Under the pieces are notes generated by a model. That model searched no databases. It worked only from the letters and a program-made list of their open reading frames with translations, and was not told the origin of the DNA. From NCBI GenBank assembly GCA_963692915.1, contig OY843584.1, forward strand, positions 768,001 to 832,000: 64,000 nt of DNA, in the 5' to 3' direction. A program made the translations under genes and the position numbers. The DNA comes from Cenarchaeum sp. Lineage in GTDB: Archaea > Thermoproteota > Nitrososphaeria > Nitrososphaerales > Nitrosopumilaceae. Below, in pieces: positions 48,219 to 58,193 of this stretch. Position 1 is the stretch's first letter. The number at the start of each line of letters is the position of its first letter.

Positions 48219-49742
48219 CTAGACATAGTCGTCAAGCGAGTTGTCCGACTTGCGCCGTGGAGGTGAGCGCGTGGCCGGCCTTGCCGGCCGCCTCTCTATG
48301 CTCATGCCCACACGTGCGGCGGCCTTGATCTTTTTCTTGCCTATCCAGTGGTATGCGACGTCGATCGTCCCCTTTGTGACCAGGCTGACGAGGCGACCTG
48401 CGCTGTGCCTGCCCGTGCGCCCGCGCCGCTGCACGTAGCGTATCGAGCTTGGGACGCTGTCATAGAACACGACGAGGTTGACTGCAGAGATGTCAAGGCC
48501 CTCCTCGCCCACGCGTGTCGTGACGAGAACGCGGTACTCGTCGGCGCGAAACCTCGCGACAGTCTCGACTTGCTTTTTCTGCTTTAGTCCGGCCTCGCCG
48601 GCCTTGCCTATTAGCATCTCGGCGTCAATCCCATTCTCGACAAGCTTGTCACGTATAACCTCCACAGAGTCGCGATAGCTAGAGAACACTATTGCCTTGT
48701 CATCAGATTTCGAGAGTAGCTCGAGGAGCCGCGCCATCTTTGGGTGCTCCATGCCGCTCTTTTGGAGGACGCGCGCACGCGCGACTGCTGCTGAAAAATT
48801 TGGATCATCCTCCATGAGCGCCTTGGCGCCGGCGTTCTTTTTTGCTGCGCGCTCGCAAAAGCGCAGGAATGTCGTCGTTCCGTGGGCCTCGAACATGTTG
48901 AGCGAGTACGTTATGCGTATTGCCGAAAAGAGCGGCTTTATGGCGTTCTTGCGGTGCGATAGGACAAACTGGCGCAGGCGCAAAAGGGCAGAGAGCGACT
49001 TGGTTGAGCCGGTGTCTAGCCCGAGCGCCTTTAGTGCCGCATAGCGTTCGGCGAGTGCCTTTTTGATCAGCGACTGGATCTCGAGCATCGTGGCCGGAAG
49101 CTCTAGCATTATGACATCTGTGTCCGTCTTTTGGATGTATTTTTTGACGTCGGCGCTGGACTCGGAGCGCGTCTCCACGCTCTGCGCGCCTAGCGCATCG
49201 ACTATCTCGTTGACCTTGGCGCGCTCGGCCGGAAGCGTTGCAGTCATTCCAACTAGGCGCGCCGTGGTGCCAGAGAACGCCGACGCTATTGCCGTGTACG
49301 CATAGTTGCCGACTGCCCTGTGCGCCTCGTCAAATATGACGAGGCCAAAGTCCCCTGGCGATATGACGCCACGGACCAGGTCGTTTTGCGCAATCTCCGG
49401 AGTAGCGCACACGACGCTGTTGAACCAGAGCTTTGAGCGCCGCTTTGGCGCCTCCTCGCCGGTCACAAGCGAGATGTCCTCGATGGTCAGGTGCTCCATC
49501 ATGAACCTGCGGTGCTGCTCGGCGAGAACGCGCGTTGGCGCTAGCATGAGCGAGACGCCGCGCGCGCGCTCGAGGAACCCTGCGATGAGCTGCAGCGCAA
49601 CGGCCGTCTTGCCAAGGCCGGTGGGCAGGACCAGGATGCAGTTCTCTGATTCGGCATGGCGCGCGAGGCTGACCTGATAGTCGCGAACCTCGAGGGTGCC
49701 CTGCCTGATGTAGCGTCCCTCCAGGTATTCAGGCTCCCCCAC
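48219..49742 (-). CDS. Hef/FANCM-like SF2 helicase (no ERCC4 nuclease domain)
   Basis: RDYQ, LPTGLGKT, DEAH, MTAT, EEGLDI and QRRGRTGR. GTG at 49742. Confidence 0.9.
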   Translation of the reverse strand: MGEPEYLEGRYIRQGTLEVRDYQVSLARHAESENCILVLPTGLGKTAVALQLIAGFLERARGVSLMLAPTRVLAEQHRRFMMEHLTIEDISLVTGEEAPKRRSKLWFNSVVCATPEIAQNDLVRGVISPGDFGLVIFDEAHRAVGNYAYTAIASAFSGTTARLVGMTATLPAERAKVNEIVDALGAQSVETRSESSADVKKYIQKTDTDVIMLELPATMLEIQSLIKKALAERYAALKALGLDTGSTKSLSALLRLRQFVLSHRKNAIKPLFSAIRITYSLNMFEAHGTTTFLRFCERAAKKNAGAKALMEDDPNFSAAVARARVLQKSGMEHPKMARLLELLSKSDDKAIVFSSYRDSVEVIRDKLVENGIDAEMLIGKAGEAGLKQKKQVETVARFRADEYRVLVTTRVGEEGLDISAVNLVVFYDSVPSSIRYVQRRGRTGRHSAGRLVSLVTKGTIDVAYHWIGKKKIKAAARVGMSIERRPARPATRSPPRRKSDNSLDDYV

Positions 49743-49819
49743 GCGAGCCGCGCCGGGCCTGCGCGCTTTTAAAGATGGCCATGGTTCCCCCAAAACCAAT
49801 ATTTACACGGGTGCCCCTG

Positions 49820-50353
49820 ATGCGCCCCATGGAGCACGAGCGGCCCACGTGGGACGAGTACTTTATGCTCCAGGCCGAGCTTGCCAAGCTGCGCTCCAAC
49901 TGTATGGCAAAGCGCGTCGGCGCCGTCATAGTCAGGGACAACAGGCAGCTCGCCACCGGATACAACGGGACGCCTCCCGGCGTCAGGAACTGCTACGAGG
50001 GCGGTTGCGCGCGCTGCACCGAGCGCGTCGAGGGCAAGATAGCCTCTGGTGAGGCCCTAGAGCGCTGCCTCTGCAACCATGCCGAGGCCAATGCGATAAT
50101 GCACTGCGCGATACTCGGAATCGGAACCGGCCGGTCCGGCACGTCGCTCTACTCGACGATGGTTCCGTGCCTAGAGTGCACAAAGATGGCAGTGACTGTG
50201 GGCGTTGTCAGGATCGTCTGTGTCGAGGGGTATGCCGAGTCTGACATGGGACTCCTCGCCGACGCGCGCGTCGAGGTCGTCCGCATGGACGCTAGGCGCG
50301 TCGAGCGCTGGGCAAGGGAGCTCGTGGCCGAGTATGGCGCAAAAAAGTCTTAA
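49820..50353 (+). CDS. dCMP deaminase
   Basis: RPTWDEYF, GYNG, HAEANAI and PCLEC. Confidence 0.9.
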   Translation: MRPMEHERPTWDEYFMLQAELAKLRSNCMAKRVGAVIVRDNRQLATGYNGTPPGVRNCYEGGCARCTERVEGKIASGEALERCLCNHAEANAIMHCAILGIGTGRSGTSLYSTMVPCLECTKMAVTVGVVRIVCVEGYAESDMGLLADARVEVVRMDARRVERWARELVAEYGAKKS

Positions 50354-50378
50354 AGCCCCCGGTTCGCGCGCGAGGCGC

Positions 50379-50783
50379 ATGGCAAAAGACCGCCGGATAA
50401 AGATACTCGTCGCAAAGATGGGCCTTGACGGCCACGACAGGGGCGCGATGGTTCTCTGCCGCGCGTTTCGTGACGCCGGAATGGAGGTAATCTACTCTGG
50501 CCTCTTTGCGACGCCAAAGCGCGTGGCGCAGATAGCCGAGGACGAGGACGTCGATGCCATAGCGATGAGCCTCCTCAACGGCGCGCACAATACGCTCTTT
50601 CCGCGCGTCGTGAGCGAGCTCGGCAAGAAGGGCATGCGCAACGTCCTCGTCATGGGCGGCGGGATAATACCCGAGTCTGACAGGGGCGCACTGGAGAAGC
50701 GCGGGCTAAATGGCGTCTTTGGTCCGGGAACGCCCTTGCCTGGAATCATAGAGCACATACAAAAGAACGTAAAAAAGCGCTAG
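50379..50783 (+). CDS. Methylmalonyl-CoA mutase, cobalamin-binding subunit
   Basis: KMGLDGHDRG, SLLNGAH, GGGIIP and FGPGT. Confidence 0.92.
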   Translation: MAKDRRIKILVAKMGLDGHDRGAMVLCRAFRDAGMEVIYSGLFATPKRVAQIAEDEDVDAIAMSLLNGAHNTLFPRVVSELGKKGMRNVLVMGGGIIPESDRGALEKRGLNGVFGPGTPLPGIIEHIQKNVKKR

Positions 50784-50785
50784 GT

Positions 50786-51784
50786 CTACTCGGTCGAGTC
50801 TGGCCACATCATCTTGCGCATGCGCCGGCCGACCTCCTCGATCTGGTGTGAATCCAATGCCTTCATGTGAGACTCGAATGAGTCCTTGCCGCCAGACGCG
50901 TATGCCGACACCCATTCAGAGTTGAACGTGCCGTCGCGTATCTCGCCGAGAACGCCGGCCATGCGCTCCTTTGCCTGCGCGTCGATCACGCGAGGCCCGC
51001 GCGTGAGGCCTCCGTATCGTGCCGTCTCGCTGACGCGCCTGTACATTCCGGCGACGCCATAGCGCTGAATCATGTCAACGATGAGCTTTAGCTCGTGGAG
51101 AACCTCAAAGTATGCTATCTCGGGCTGGTATCCGGCCTCAACTAGCGTCTCAAACGCATTGATGACCATCGAGGCCGAGCCTCCGCACAGGTCTGCCTGC
51201 TCGCCAAACCAGTCAGTCTCGACCTCCTCCTGAAACGTCGTGCGTATGACTCCTGCGCGCGTGCTGCCGATCGCCTTTGCCAGGGCAAGCGTGCGATCCC
51301 ACGCGTTGCCGGTGTGGTCCTGGTGGACCGCAACGATTGACGGCGTGCCAAACCCATCAAGGTACGTCTCGCGAACCTTGGAACCGGGCCCCTTTGGCGC
51401 CACCATGATAACGTCAATGTCAGACGGCACGTCTATCCACTTCCAGTGGATCGCCGCCGCGTGCGAAAAGGATAGCGCGTTGCCTGCAGAGAGTCCCTGT
51501 GCAATCTCCTCGCCGTACACCTTGGCCTGGACCATATCCGGTATGAGGACGTGGATGACGTCCGCTGCGGCGCACGCCTCGCGCACGCCCATGACCGTGT
51601 GGCCGTCAGCAGTCGCCTTTTTCCAGCTCGCCCCGCCCTCCTTTAGGCCCACAATGACGTCTAGTCCAGAGTCCTTCATGTTGTTGGCCTGCGCGTCGCC
51701 CTGTATGCCATATCCGATAACTGCGACCTTTTGGCCCTTGAGCGGCTCGAGGCTAGTGTCTGCGTCTCCCCAGGTCTGCACCAT
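50786..51784 (-). CDS. ilvC: Ketol-acid reductoisomerase
   Basis: IGYGIQG, MVAPKGPG, ETDWFGEQ, AYFEVLHE and SETARYG. Confidence 0.96.
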   Translation of the reverse strand: MVQTWGDADTSLEPLKGQKVAVIGYGIQGDAQANNMKDSGLDVIVGLKEGGASWKKATADGHTVMGVREACAAADVIHVLIPDMVQAKVYGEEIAQGLSAGNALSFSHAAAIHWKWIDVPSDIDVIMVAPKGPGSKVRETYLDGFGTPSIVAVHQDHTGNAWDRTLALAKAIGSTRAGVIRTTFQEEVETDWFGEQADLCGGSASMVINAFETLVEAGYQPEIAYFEVLHELKLIVDMIQRYGVAGMYRRVSETARYGGLTRGPRVIDAQAKERMAGVLGEIRDGTFNSEWVSAYASGGKDSFESHMKALDSHQIEEVGRRMRKMMWPDSTE

Positions 51785-51877
51785 TTCAGGGCATGCTCCA
51801 TTATGCGCAAATATTAACCAATGAGCGTGCCATGGGCCATCACTATTTATAAAGACGCTTAGTCTCGCTGTTTCCTG

Positions 51878-51982
51878 ATGAGCGAGGACGAGTCTGATGG
51901 TAAGGCAGAGGCAGCCGAGCCAAAGGAGCCAAAGAAAAAGCCGATTAAGCTGGAGTTCGGCGGCAGCATGCGCTACAATTGA
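51878..51982 (+). CDS. 34-aa microprotein
   Basis: MSEDESDGKAEAAEPKEPKKKPIKLEFGGSMRYN*, with TTTATAAA at 51846-51853 about 25 nt upstream. Confidence 0.55.
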   Translation: MSEDESDGKAEAAEPKEPKKKPIKLEFGGSMRYN

Positions 51983-52018
51983 CACAAAATTCCCGAGCAG
52001 TGTCCCGGAGGCGCATAG

Positions 52019-52594
52019 TTGAACCCCAAAGACGCATATCGAGAGCTGAGGGAGCAGGTTTACCATCATGACACAGTTTTAGAAGGGCAGAACGGAAGAG
52101 CAAAGTCACTGCTTGCTGTCAGTGCAGTTCTACTCGGGATTATGGGCATTAGTCTAGGAAATTTTGCCGGATTTGTCCATGAAAACTATGTAGTATCTGT
52201 AGACGAGCCAGAGACACTCCCAATCCAGGCAATAGTCGCCACAATGATTCTCGGCATGGCCGGACTTGCCGGGGCGATGATATCAATGATCTTTTCTGTA
52301 CGTGCGCTATATGTGTCACGCATAAACCAACCCATAATGTCTAAAAATTTTGGAAAAGACGGCAACGTGGACAGTGATATGCTGGATGCCTGGATAAAAC
52401 TGCCTGAACGCGAGGCGTACACAGAGCTAATCAAGTCTTGTGTCAGTGCATTACATAGCCGCGAAGAGAACATAGCTAGGATCGGGGCGAGGGCAGGGGT
52501 GGCACAAAGTAGCCTGCTTGCGGGGCTGATCCTCGCCGGTACAGGTGCCATGGTTGCGCTCTCTGTGTTTATCCTGGCGTTCCTGCCCGCATAG
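52019..52594 (+). CDS. 3-TM membrane protein, lower GC
   Basis: RAKSLLAVSAVLLG, a second TM, a soluble loop and a C-terminal TM. TTG start. Confidence 0.7.
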   Translation: MNPKDAYRELREQVYHHDTVLEGQNGRAKSLLAVSAVLLGIMGISLGNFAGFVHENYVVSVDEPETLPIQAIVATMILGMAGLAGAMISMIFSVRALYVSRINQPIMSKNFGKDGNVDSDMLDAWIKLPEREAYTELIKSCVSALHSREENIARIGARAGVAQSSLLAGLILAGTGAMVALSVFILAFLPA

Positions 52595-52666
52595 CACGCG
52601 CGCTAGTGGGGCACGCTGCCCAACTTTAATATAATTATGAACGGCGGCAGGCGCTTAGATAGGCCG

Positions 52667-53317
52667 TTGCTTGCGATCTTTGACGTCGAGGGTGTGCTCT
52701 TTGATGCCGAGTACCTTCCCATGCTCGCCGAGGAGCGCGGCAAGGAGGACGAGATTTGGGAGATCACGAGGCGCGGCATAGAGGGCACGATCAACTGGGA
52801 GGAAGGCCTGCAAAAGAGGGTCGACATATTGCGCGGCATAGACTATGGCACATGCGAGCGCGTTGCTGACGCGCTGCCCATAATGACAGGCGCGCACGAG
52901 CTCTGCTCGACGCTAAAGGCCGCTGGATGGCGCATCATGGCAGTCTCTGGCGGATTTACGATAATGACTGATCGTCTAAAGCGCGAGCTCGGCCTAGACG
53001 CGATACTCTCCAACGAGCTCGTCTTTGAGGACAACCAGCTTGACGGCGTCCGGATAAAGGTCGGCTCGGACAAGGCGTACGCGGCATCTGCTGCAATCGC
53101 CGAGATGGGCGAGCGTGTCGAGGACACAGTTGCCATAGTCGACGGAGCCAACGACATAAAGCTCTTCGAGATATGCGGCCTCGGAATCGCGTTTCGGGCA
53201 CAGGATATCGTCAGGGAGCAGGCAAGCGCGGTACTCGAGAAAAAGGACCTCATCGACGCGCTCGACGTGATAAACAAGCACTACGGACTGGCCCTCAAGG
53301 CGCCATCCCGCGCCTAG
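52667..53317 (+). CDS. serB: Phosphoserine phosphatase (HAD)
   Basis: FDVEGVL, VSGGF and DGAND motifs. Confidence 0.88.
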   Translation: MLAIFDVEGVLFDAEYLPMLAEERGKEDEIWEITRRGIEGTINWEEGLQKRVDILRGIDYGTCERVADALPIMTGAHELCSTLKAAGWRIMAVSGGFTIMTDRLKRELGLDAILSNELVFEDNQLDGVRIKVGSDKAYAASAAIAEMGERVEDTVAIVDGANDIKLFEICGLGIAFRAQDIVREQASAVLEKKDLIDALDVINKHYGLALKAPSRA

Positions 53318-53329
53318 GGCGTCGGCGCA

Positions 53330-54079
53330 ATGTCCACACGTGAGCTCTGCGCCGTGCCGGTCAGCATTGACGGCGAGGTTACGCGCGGCCAGAGCCTCGG
53401 TGCTGCCCTGGCGCGCTCGGGCGCAAAGGTGGTCGACGGTGACGTCCTCGTCGTCTCGCAAAAGGCAGTCTCAAAGTCAGAGGGGCGCGTCGTGGAGCTT
53501 GACACCGTCAGCCCGTCTGCGCTTGCGCTCGGCATCGCCGCCGAGTATGGCAAGGACGCGCGCGTCGTGGAGCTCGTCATGGCCGAGGCAAAGCGCATAG
53601 TGCGCATGGGCCATGGCGTCATCATTACAGAGACGCATGGTGGACTCGTGTGCGCCAACTCGGGAGTCGACGAGAGCAACATGCTCGAGGGGCACGCCGC
53701 GCTCCTGCCCGAGGATCCCGACGCGTCTGCGCGGCGCATAAGGGCAGAGATCGCCGAGTCCTGCAGGGCCGATGTCGGCGTCATAGTGTCAGACACGTTT
53801 GGGCGGCCATTTCGAACCGGCCAGGTTGACTGCGCCATAGGGTCTGCCGGAGTCGGCGCCTCACTCGACTATGCCGGGAAACCAGACGCGTTTGGGCGCA
53901 CGCTGCAGACCACAATGATTGCAGTCGCAGACGAGATCGCCGGTGCGGCCGAGCTCGTCATGGGCAAGCTCAACAGGTGCCCCATGGCCATAGTCAGGGG
54001 AGCCGGCCTTGCCATATCGGGGCAGGCCGAGTCGGCATCCACACTCATCAGGCCTGATGACGAGGATCTGTTCAGGTAG
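53330..54079 (+). CDS. cofE: Coenzyme F420-0:L-glutamate ligase
   Basis: SQKAVSKSEGR, ANSGVDESN, PEDPDASA and DTFGRPFR. Confidence 0.93.
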   Translation: MSTRELCAVPVSIDGEVTRGQSLGAALARSGAKVVDGDVLVVSQKAVSKSEGRVVELDTVSPSALALGIAAEYGKDARVVELVMAEAKRIVRMGHGVIITETHGGLVCANSGVDESNMLEGHAALLPEDPDASARRIRAEIAESCRADVGVIVSDTFGRPFRTGQVDCAIGSAGVGASLDYAGKPDAFGRTLQTTMIAVADEIAGAAELVMGKLNRCPMAIVRGAGLAISGQAESASTLIRPDDEDLFR

Positions 54080-54158
54080 ACGCGGGTTTGTGCCCTGTTG
54101 CCAGAATCCCTAAACTCTTAAAAGCCAGCCGTCTGTGCGCGTGATCACATTGCGGCAA

Positions 54159-55067
54159 ATGAGGACAGAGCTACACTGCCACAATGTATTTTCCAACTTT
54201 AATGTCGGACCCTTGGAGGCGCCGTATGACTGCAGCGTGGGCGTGCGCGAGCAGCTCGACGGCGCCCTTGCGGCCGGACTAGACGCGATATTTGTCACAA
54301 ACCACAACACGCTTGACGGGTATGAGCAAGCCCGAGAGTACGCCTCGACGCACGAGCGCCATGCCGGCATTGCAGTATATCCGGCCGAGGAGATTACGCT
54401 CGATGACGGCTCGCACGTCATCGCGTACGGCATATCGAGCCGCGTGCGTCCCGGCAGGAACCTCGGAGAGACGCTTGATGCGATTCGCGCGCAGGGCGGC
54501 GTCTCGTCTGCACCCCACCCGTTCAGCATACTAGATGCGCTGCGCGAGCGCGCCGCCGAGTGCGACATCATGGAGGTCTTTAACAGCAACAATGCTGACG
54601 TCATATCCAACGCGCGAGCCGCGTCGTTTGCCGATGAGCGATCCATGATCGGCGTTGCCGGAAGCGACTCGCACGTGGCATCCACGATCGGCAGGTGCGT
54701 GAATGTCATTGACGCCGAGGAGAGCCTCGACTCGGCGCTCGACTCGCTGAGGCGCGGGCGCGTCTCGATATGCGAGGCCGGATATGCGACAGGGAGCGAG
54801 GCTATCGACCACATACGCTACAAGATCGAGAACTCGGCCGAGTATATCGACGAGTACATGGCGCGCTTTTATCCGCGCTCGCGCCACTTTTTTGCGCTAT
54901 TGCTGCGCGCGTTTCGCAAAAACCCCGACAGCCGCCTGTGGATACTCTTGTACCGCATAGCCGTGGCCGGAATGAGGCGCATATCTCGAAAGATAAACCT
55001 CGAGGGGCATGACGCCGAACCGATGGCCGCGCGCAGCCTAGGCGGCATGGCCCGCATGGCGATCTGA
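54159..55067 (+). CDS. PHP-domain phosphoesterase
   Basis: ELHCH, TNHN, PHPF, EVFNS and GSDSH. Confidence 0.88.
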   Translation: MRTELHCHNVFSNFNVGPLEAPYDCSVGVREQLDGALAAGLDAIFVTNHNTLDGYEQAREYASTHERHAGIAVYPAEEITLDDGSHVIAYGISSRVRPGRNLGETLDAIRAQGGVSSAPHPFSILDALRERAAECDIMEVFNSNNADVISNARAASFADERSMIGVAGSDSHVASTIGRCVNVIDAEESLDSALDSLRRGRVSICEAGYATGSEAIDHIRYKIENSAEYIDEYMARFYPRSRHFFALLLRAFRKNPDSRLWILLYRIAVAGMRRISRKINLEGHDAEPMAARSLGGMARMAI

Positions 55068-55159
55068 GCGGCAAGGGCTGCAGTGTCGCGCACACAACGC
55101 GCCCACACCTTGCCGCCATCACAGAGTTTAATATACACACGGCTCGGCATTGGCAACGT

Positions 55160-55387
55160 ATGGCAGACAAGGAGCTTGACGCGACGGGGCTGTTCTGCCC
55201 CGAGCCGGTCTTTCGCACAAAGATAGAGATTGAGCGCATGCAGGCCGGCTCCACTATTGCAGTAAAGGCCGACGATCCGGCAGCCGAGGACGACATATCA
55301 AAGTGGGCCACGCGTCACGGCCACGAAATCCTCTCGATGAAAAAGGACGGCAACGTCATAGAGTTTGAGATCAAAAAGGGCAAGTGA
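55160..55387 (+). CDS. tusA: Sulfur carrier TusA/SirA
   Basis: LDATGLFCPEP and DDPAAEDDI. Confidence 0.9.
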   Translation: MADKELDATGLFCPEPVFRTKIEIERMQAGSTIAVKADDPAAEDDISKWATRHGHEILSMKKDGNVIEFEIKKGK

Positions 55388-55389
55388 GC

Positions 55390-56385
55390 ATGCAAAAATC
55401 GGCTAGCGCGCAGGACATACTCGCAAAGGTGGGCAACACGCCACTCGTGCTCCTTGACTCGCTCTCTGATGACACCAAAAAGTTTCACGCAAAGCTCGAG
55501 GGTCACAACCCGTTTGGCTCAGTCAAGGACAGGGCCGCATACTGGATGATACGCGAAGCCGAAAAGGAGGGTCTCATCAACCGCACACGCCGCACGATAA
55601 TAGAGCCCACATCAGGCAACACCGGAATCGCGCTGACCGGAATCGCGCGCCTTCTCGGCTATAACGCCGAGATTGTCATACCCGAAAAGGCCAGCGACGA
55701 GACAAAGCGCATAATCAGGGCGATGGGCGCCGCAGTCCACGAGACGAGTGATGACCTGTGCCCAAAGGTCGGGGCAGGAACCGACCAGAGCATCGCGCTG
55801 GCCACGTCGATAGCATCAAACCGGCCCACCGAATACTATTCGCCAAACCAGTACGCAAACGAGGCCAACTTTGCCGGCCACTATCGCGGAACCGGACCGG
55901 AGCTCTGGGAGCAGACTGGCGGCAAGATCACGCACTTTTTCACCGGAGTCGGAACCGGCGGCACGATAACTGGCGTCGGGACATTCCTAAAGGAGAAAAA
56001 CCCCGACATCCGCATAGTCGGCTGCCAGCCGCAAAAGGACCACCTCATCCAGGGGTGGCGCAACTTTGACGAGTCAGCCAAGCCCGACCTGTTCCTAAAG
56101 CGCCAGGACGTCGTCGACGAGTGGGCGCACGTGACTAATGCCGAGGCCTTTGGCGTCGTTCGCGAGATACTCGAGGCCGACGGCATGCTAGTCAGCCCGT
56201 CCTCGGCCGCAGTGTATGCGTGCATGAAAAAGCACGATGTGAACCCTGGCGCGTGCGCCGTTGGCCTCTTTGCCGATGACGGGCGCAAGTTTGAGAGCGT
56301 GTATGTGGGGCAGAAGATAATGACCAAGGCCGAGTTTGATGACGCGCTTGCGCGCTCGTCGAACATGTCCGAGACGTTCTACTAG
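55390..56385 (+). CDS. PLP-dependent cysteine synthase family protein
   Basis: VGNTPL, GSVKDR, PTSGNTG and GTGGT. Confidence 0.9.
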   Translation: MQKSASAQDILAKVGNTPLVLLDSLSDDTKKFHAKLEGHNPFGSVKDRAAYWMIREAEKEGLINRTRRTIIEPTSGNTGIALTGIARLLGYNAEIVIPEKASDETKRIIRAMGAAVHETSDDLCPKVGAGTDQSIALATSIASNRPTEYYSPNQYANEANFAGHYRGTGPELWEQTGGKITHFFTGVGTGGTITGVGTFLKEKNPDIRIVGCQPQKDHLIQGWRNFDESAKPDLFLKRQDVVDEWAHVTNAEAFGVVREILEADGMLVSPSSAAVYACMKKHDVNPGACAVGLFADDGRKFESVYVGQKIMTKAEFDDALARSSNMSETFY

Positions 56386-57410
56386 GCGCTCTCGGCGAGA
56401 TAGCGGTCTGCGCTGATTGCGGCCATGCAGCCAAATCCCGCCGCCGTGATCGCCTGCCTGTACGTGTGGTCATGGACGTCACCGGCCGCAAAGACGCCCT
56501 CGACGCTCGTCTGCGCGCCGTCCTTGAGGACGACGTACCCGCGCGCGTCAAGCTCGACCTGGCCCACAAAGAGCGCCGTCGTAGGATCGTGGCCAATGGC
56601 CACAAAGACACCGCCTACATCAACGCGCTTCTCAGAGCCTGACGAGTCGCGCATCATCACGCTCTCCACGCGCGAGTCACCCGATATGTCGCTAACCGTG
56701 GTGTTTAGGTGCATGTCAATCTTTTCGTCTGCCCTGGCGCGCTCTTGCATTATCGTGCTGGCCCTAAAAGAGTCCCTCCTGTGCACGAGGTGAACGCGAC
56801 TGGCAAACTTTGTCAAAAATGTCGCCTCCTCCATGGCCGAGTCGCCTCCGCCGACTACGACTAGCTCCTTGCCGCGAAAGAACGGCCCGTCGCATGTCGC
56901 ACAGTACGACACTCCCTTGCCGGCGAGTGTCTCCTCACCAGGGATTCCGAGCTTTCTGGGGCTCGCCCCAGTCGCTATGATGACCGTGCGCGCGACATAC
57001 TCTTCAGACGCCGTCATTACCCTGAACGGCCTGCGCCTAAAGTCGACATTGGTCACCTCGTCATCGACAATAGTCGCGTCCATCCTCGCAGTCTGCGCGC
57101 GCATGGCGATCATGAGGTCAGGTCCCATGATGCCCTTTTCAAAGCCCGGATAGTTCTCCACGTCAGTCGTGTTGACGAGCTGCCCGCCGGGGAGTATGCC
57201 AGAGAGTATGAGCGTGTCGCGCCGCGCGCGCGACGTGTATATTCCGGCCGTGTATCCGGCCGGACCGGCCCCTATGATAATCACGTCAAATGACGTCTTT
57301 TTTTTCGCCGGCGCATCGGGGCGCGCCTTTGGGGTAGCTGCCTCCCCAGGGCTGCCCTTGACCCCGTCATCCCTCTTTTCTAGCACCTGTGCTGCGGATC
57401 CCGACATCAT
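56382..57410 (-). CDS. trxB: Thioredoxin-disulfide reductase
   Basis: GAGPAG, CATCDG, GGGDSA, HRRDSFRA and AAGDV. Confidence 0.95.
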   Translation of the reverse strand: MMSGSAAQVLEKRDDGVKGSPGEAATPKARPDAPAKKKTSFDVIIIGAGPAGYTAGIYTSRARRDTLILSGILPGGQLVNTTDVENYPGFEKGIMGPDLMIAMRAQTARMDATIVDDEVTNVDFRRRPFRVMTASEEYVARTVIIATGASPRKLGIPGEETLAGKGVSYCATCDGPFFRGKELVVVGGGDSAMEEATFLTKFASRVHLVHRRDSFRASTIMQERARADEKIDMHLNTTVSDISGDSRVESVMMRDSSGSEKRVDVGGVFVAIGHDPTTALFVGQVELDARGYVVLKDGAQTSVEGVFAAGDVHDHTYRQAITAAGFGCMAAISADRYLAESA

Positions 57411-57437
57411 TCGCACCGGCGGCGAGCGCACGCAGAT

Positions 57438-58193
57438 TTAAGTCAAACCGCCATCGATGAGGCCCGAGTGCCTTGCGCACAGCGACCCGGCGACGTTCAG
57501 CCGAATCACGTCGGCCTGCCAGTGCGAGTCGGCAAGCCTGCATTCAGGCTCGGCGCAGAACGCCTCTCCGGTCAGCGCATAGGCGACTGCCTGCATCGCG
57601 TATCCCTCGATGACGGTGCGCATGCGAGCGTCGCCGGCGACTAGGTGGTCGGCCGCATGGGCCGCCTCGACGGGATCCTCGTCGTCGCCTGCGGCCCTGC
57701 ACGCCATGATATCGGCATAATAGCGCCTAGAGCGCGCCGGTCCCCACACTGCGCCGGCAGTCGAGAGGAGTGACGGGTTTGATGCGACGACTGGGCGCGC
57801 GTGATACCTTGCGTCAGCGTCATCATACGTGCCGACTAGGAGGTCAGTCACCATGATGTGCAGCGAGCCTCCGGGAACCGCTCCGGGGCCGGCCACCGCA
57901 AGGGCCGCGCGCAGGAGCTCGTGGCCGTCATGGAGTCCGGGCACGGCGCGCGCGTCTTTGTCATCACGCTGGCGCCAGAACGGCCTAGTCGTGTCAGTCA
58001 CAATGCATGACTCTGTTGGCCCTCCGGCACCTGCGCGCAGGATGCCGGCCCCGCCGCGAATTGGCGCTGTGTCAATTCCAAACGTCGAGGAGAGAGACTG
58101 CGCGAGGAGGCCGATGTCTATGCCAACTTGTGCCTGCCAGTCATGGACGACGATCTCGCGCGGCCTGCGCGCGACACCAGCCCTACCTGCCAA
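57438..58193 (-). CDS. Archaeal putative metallopeptidase-like protein (DUF6775-like)
   Basis: TYDDADARYHAR, GPARSRRYY and FC...CRL...HWQ...LCARH pattern. Confidence 0.65.
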   Translation of the reverse strand: MAGRAGVARRPREIVVHDWQAQVGIDIGLLAQSLSSTFGIDTAPIRGGAGILRAGAGGPTESCIVTDTTRPFWRQRDDKDARAVPGLHDGHELLRAALAVAGPGAVPGGSLHIMVTDLLVGTYDDADARYHARPVVASNPSLLSTAGAVWGPARSRRYYADIMACRAAGDDEDPVEAAHAADHLVAGDARMRTVIEGYAMQAVAYALTGEAFCAEPECRLADSHWQADVIRLNVAGSLCARHSGLIDGGLT

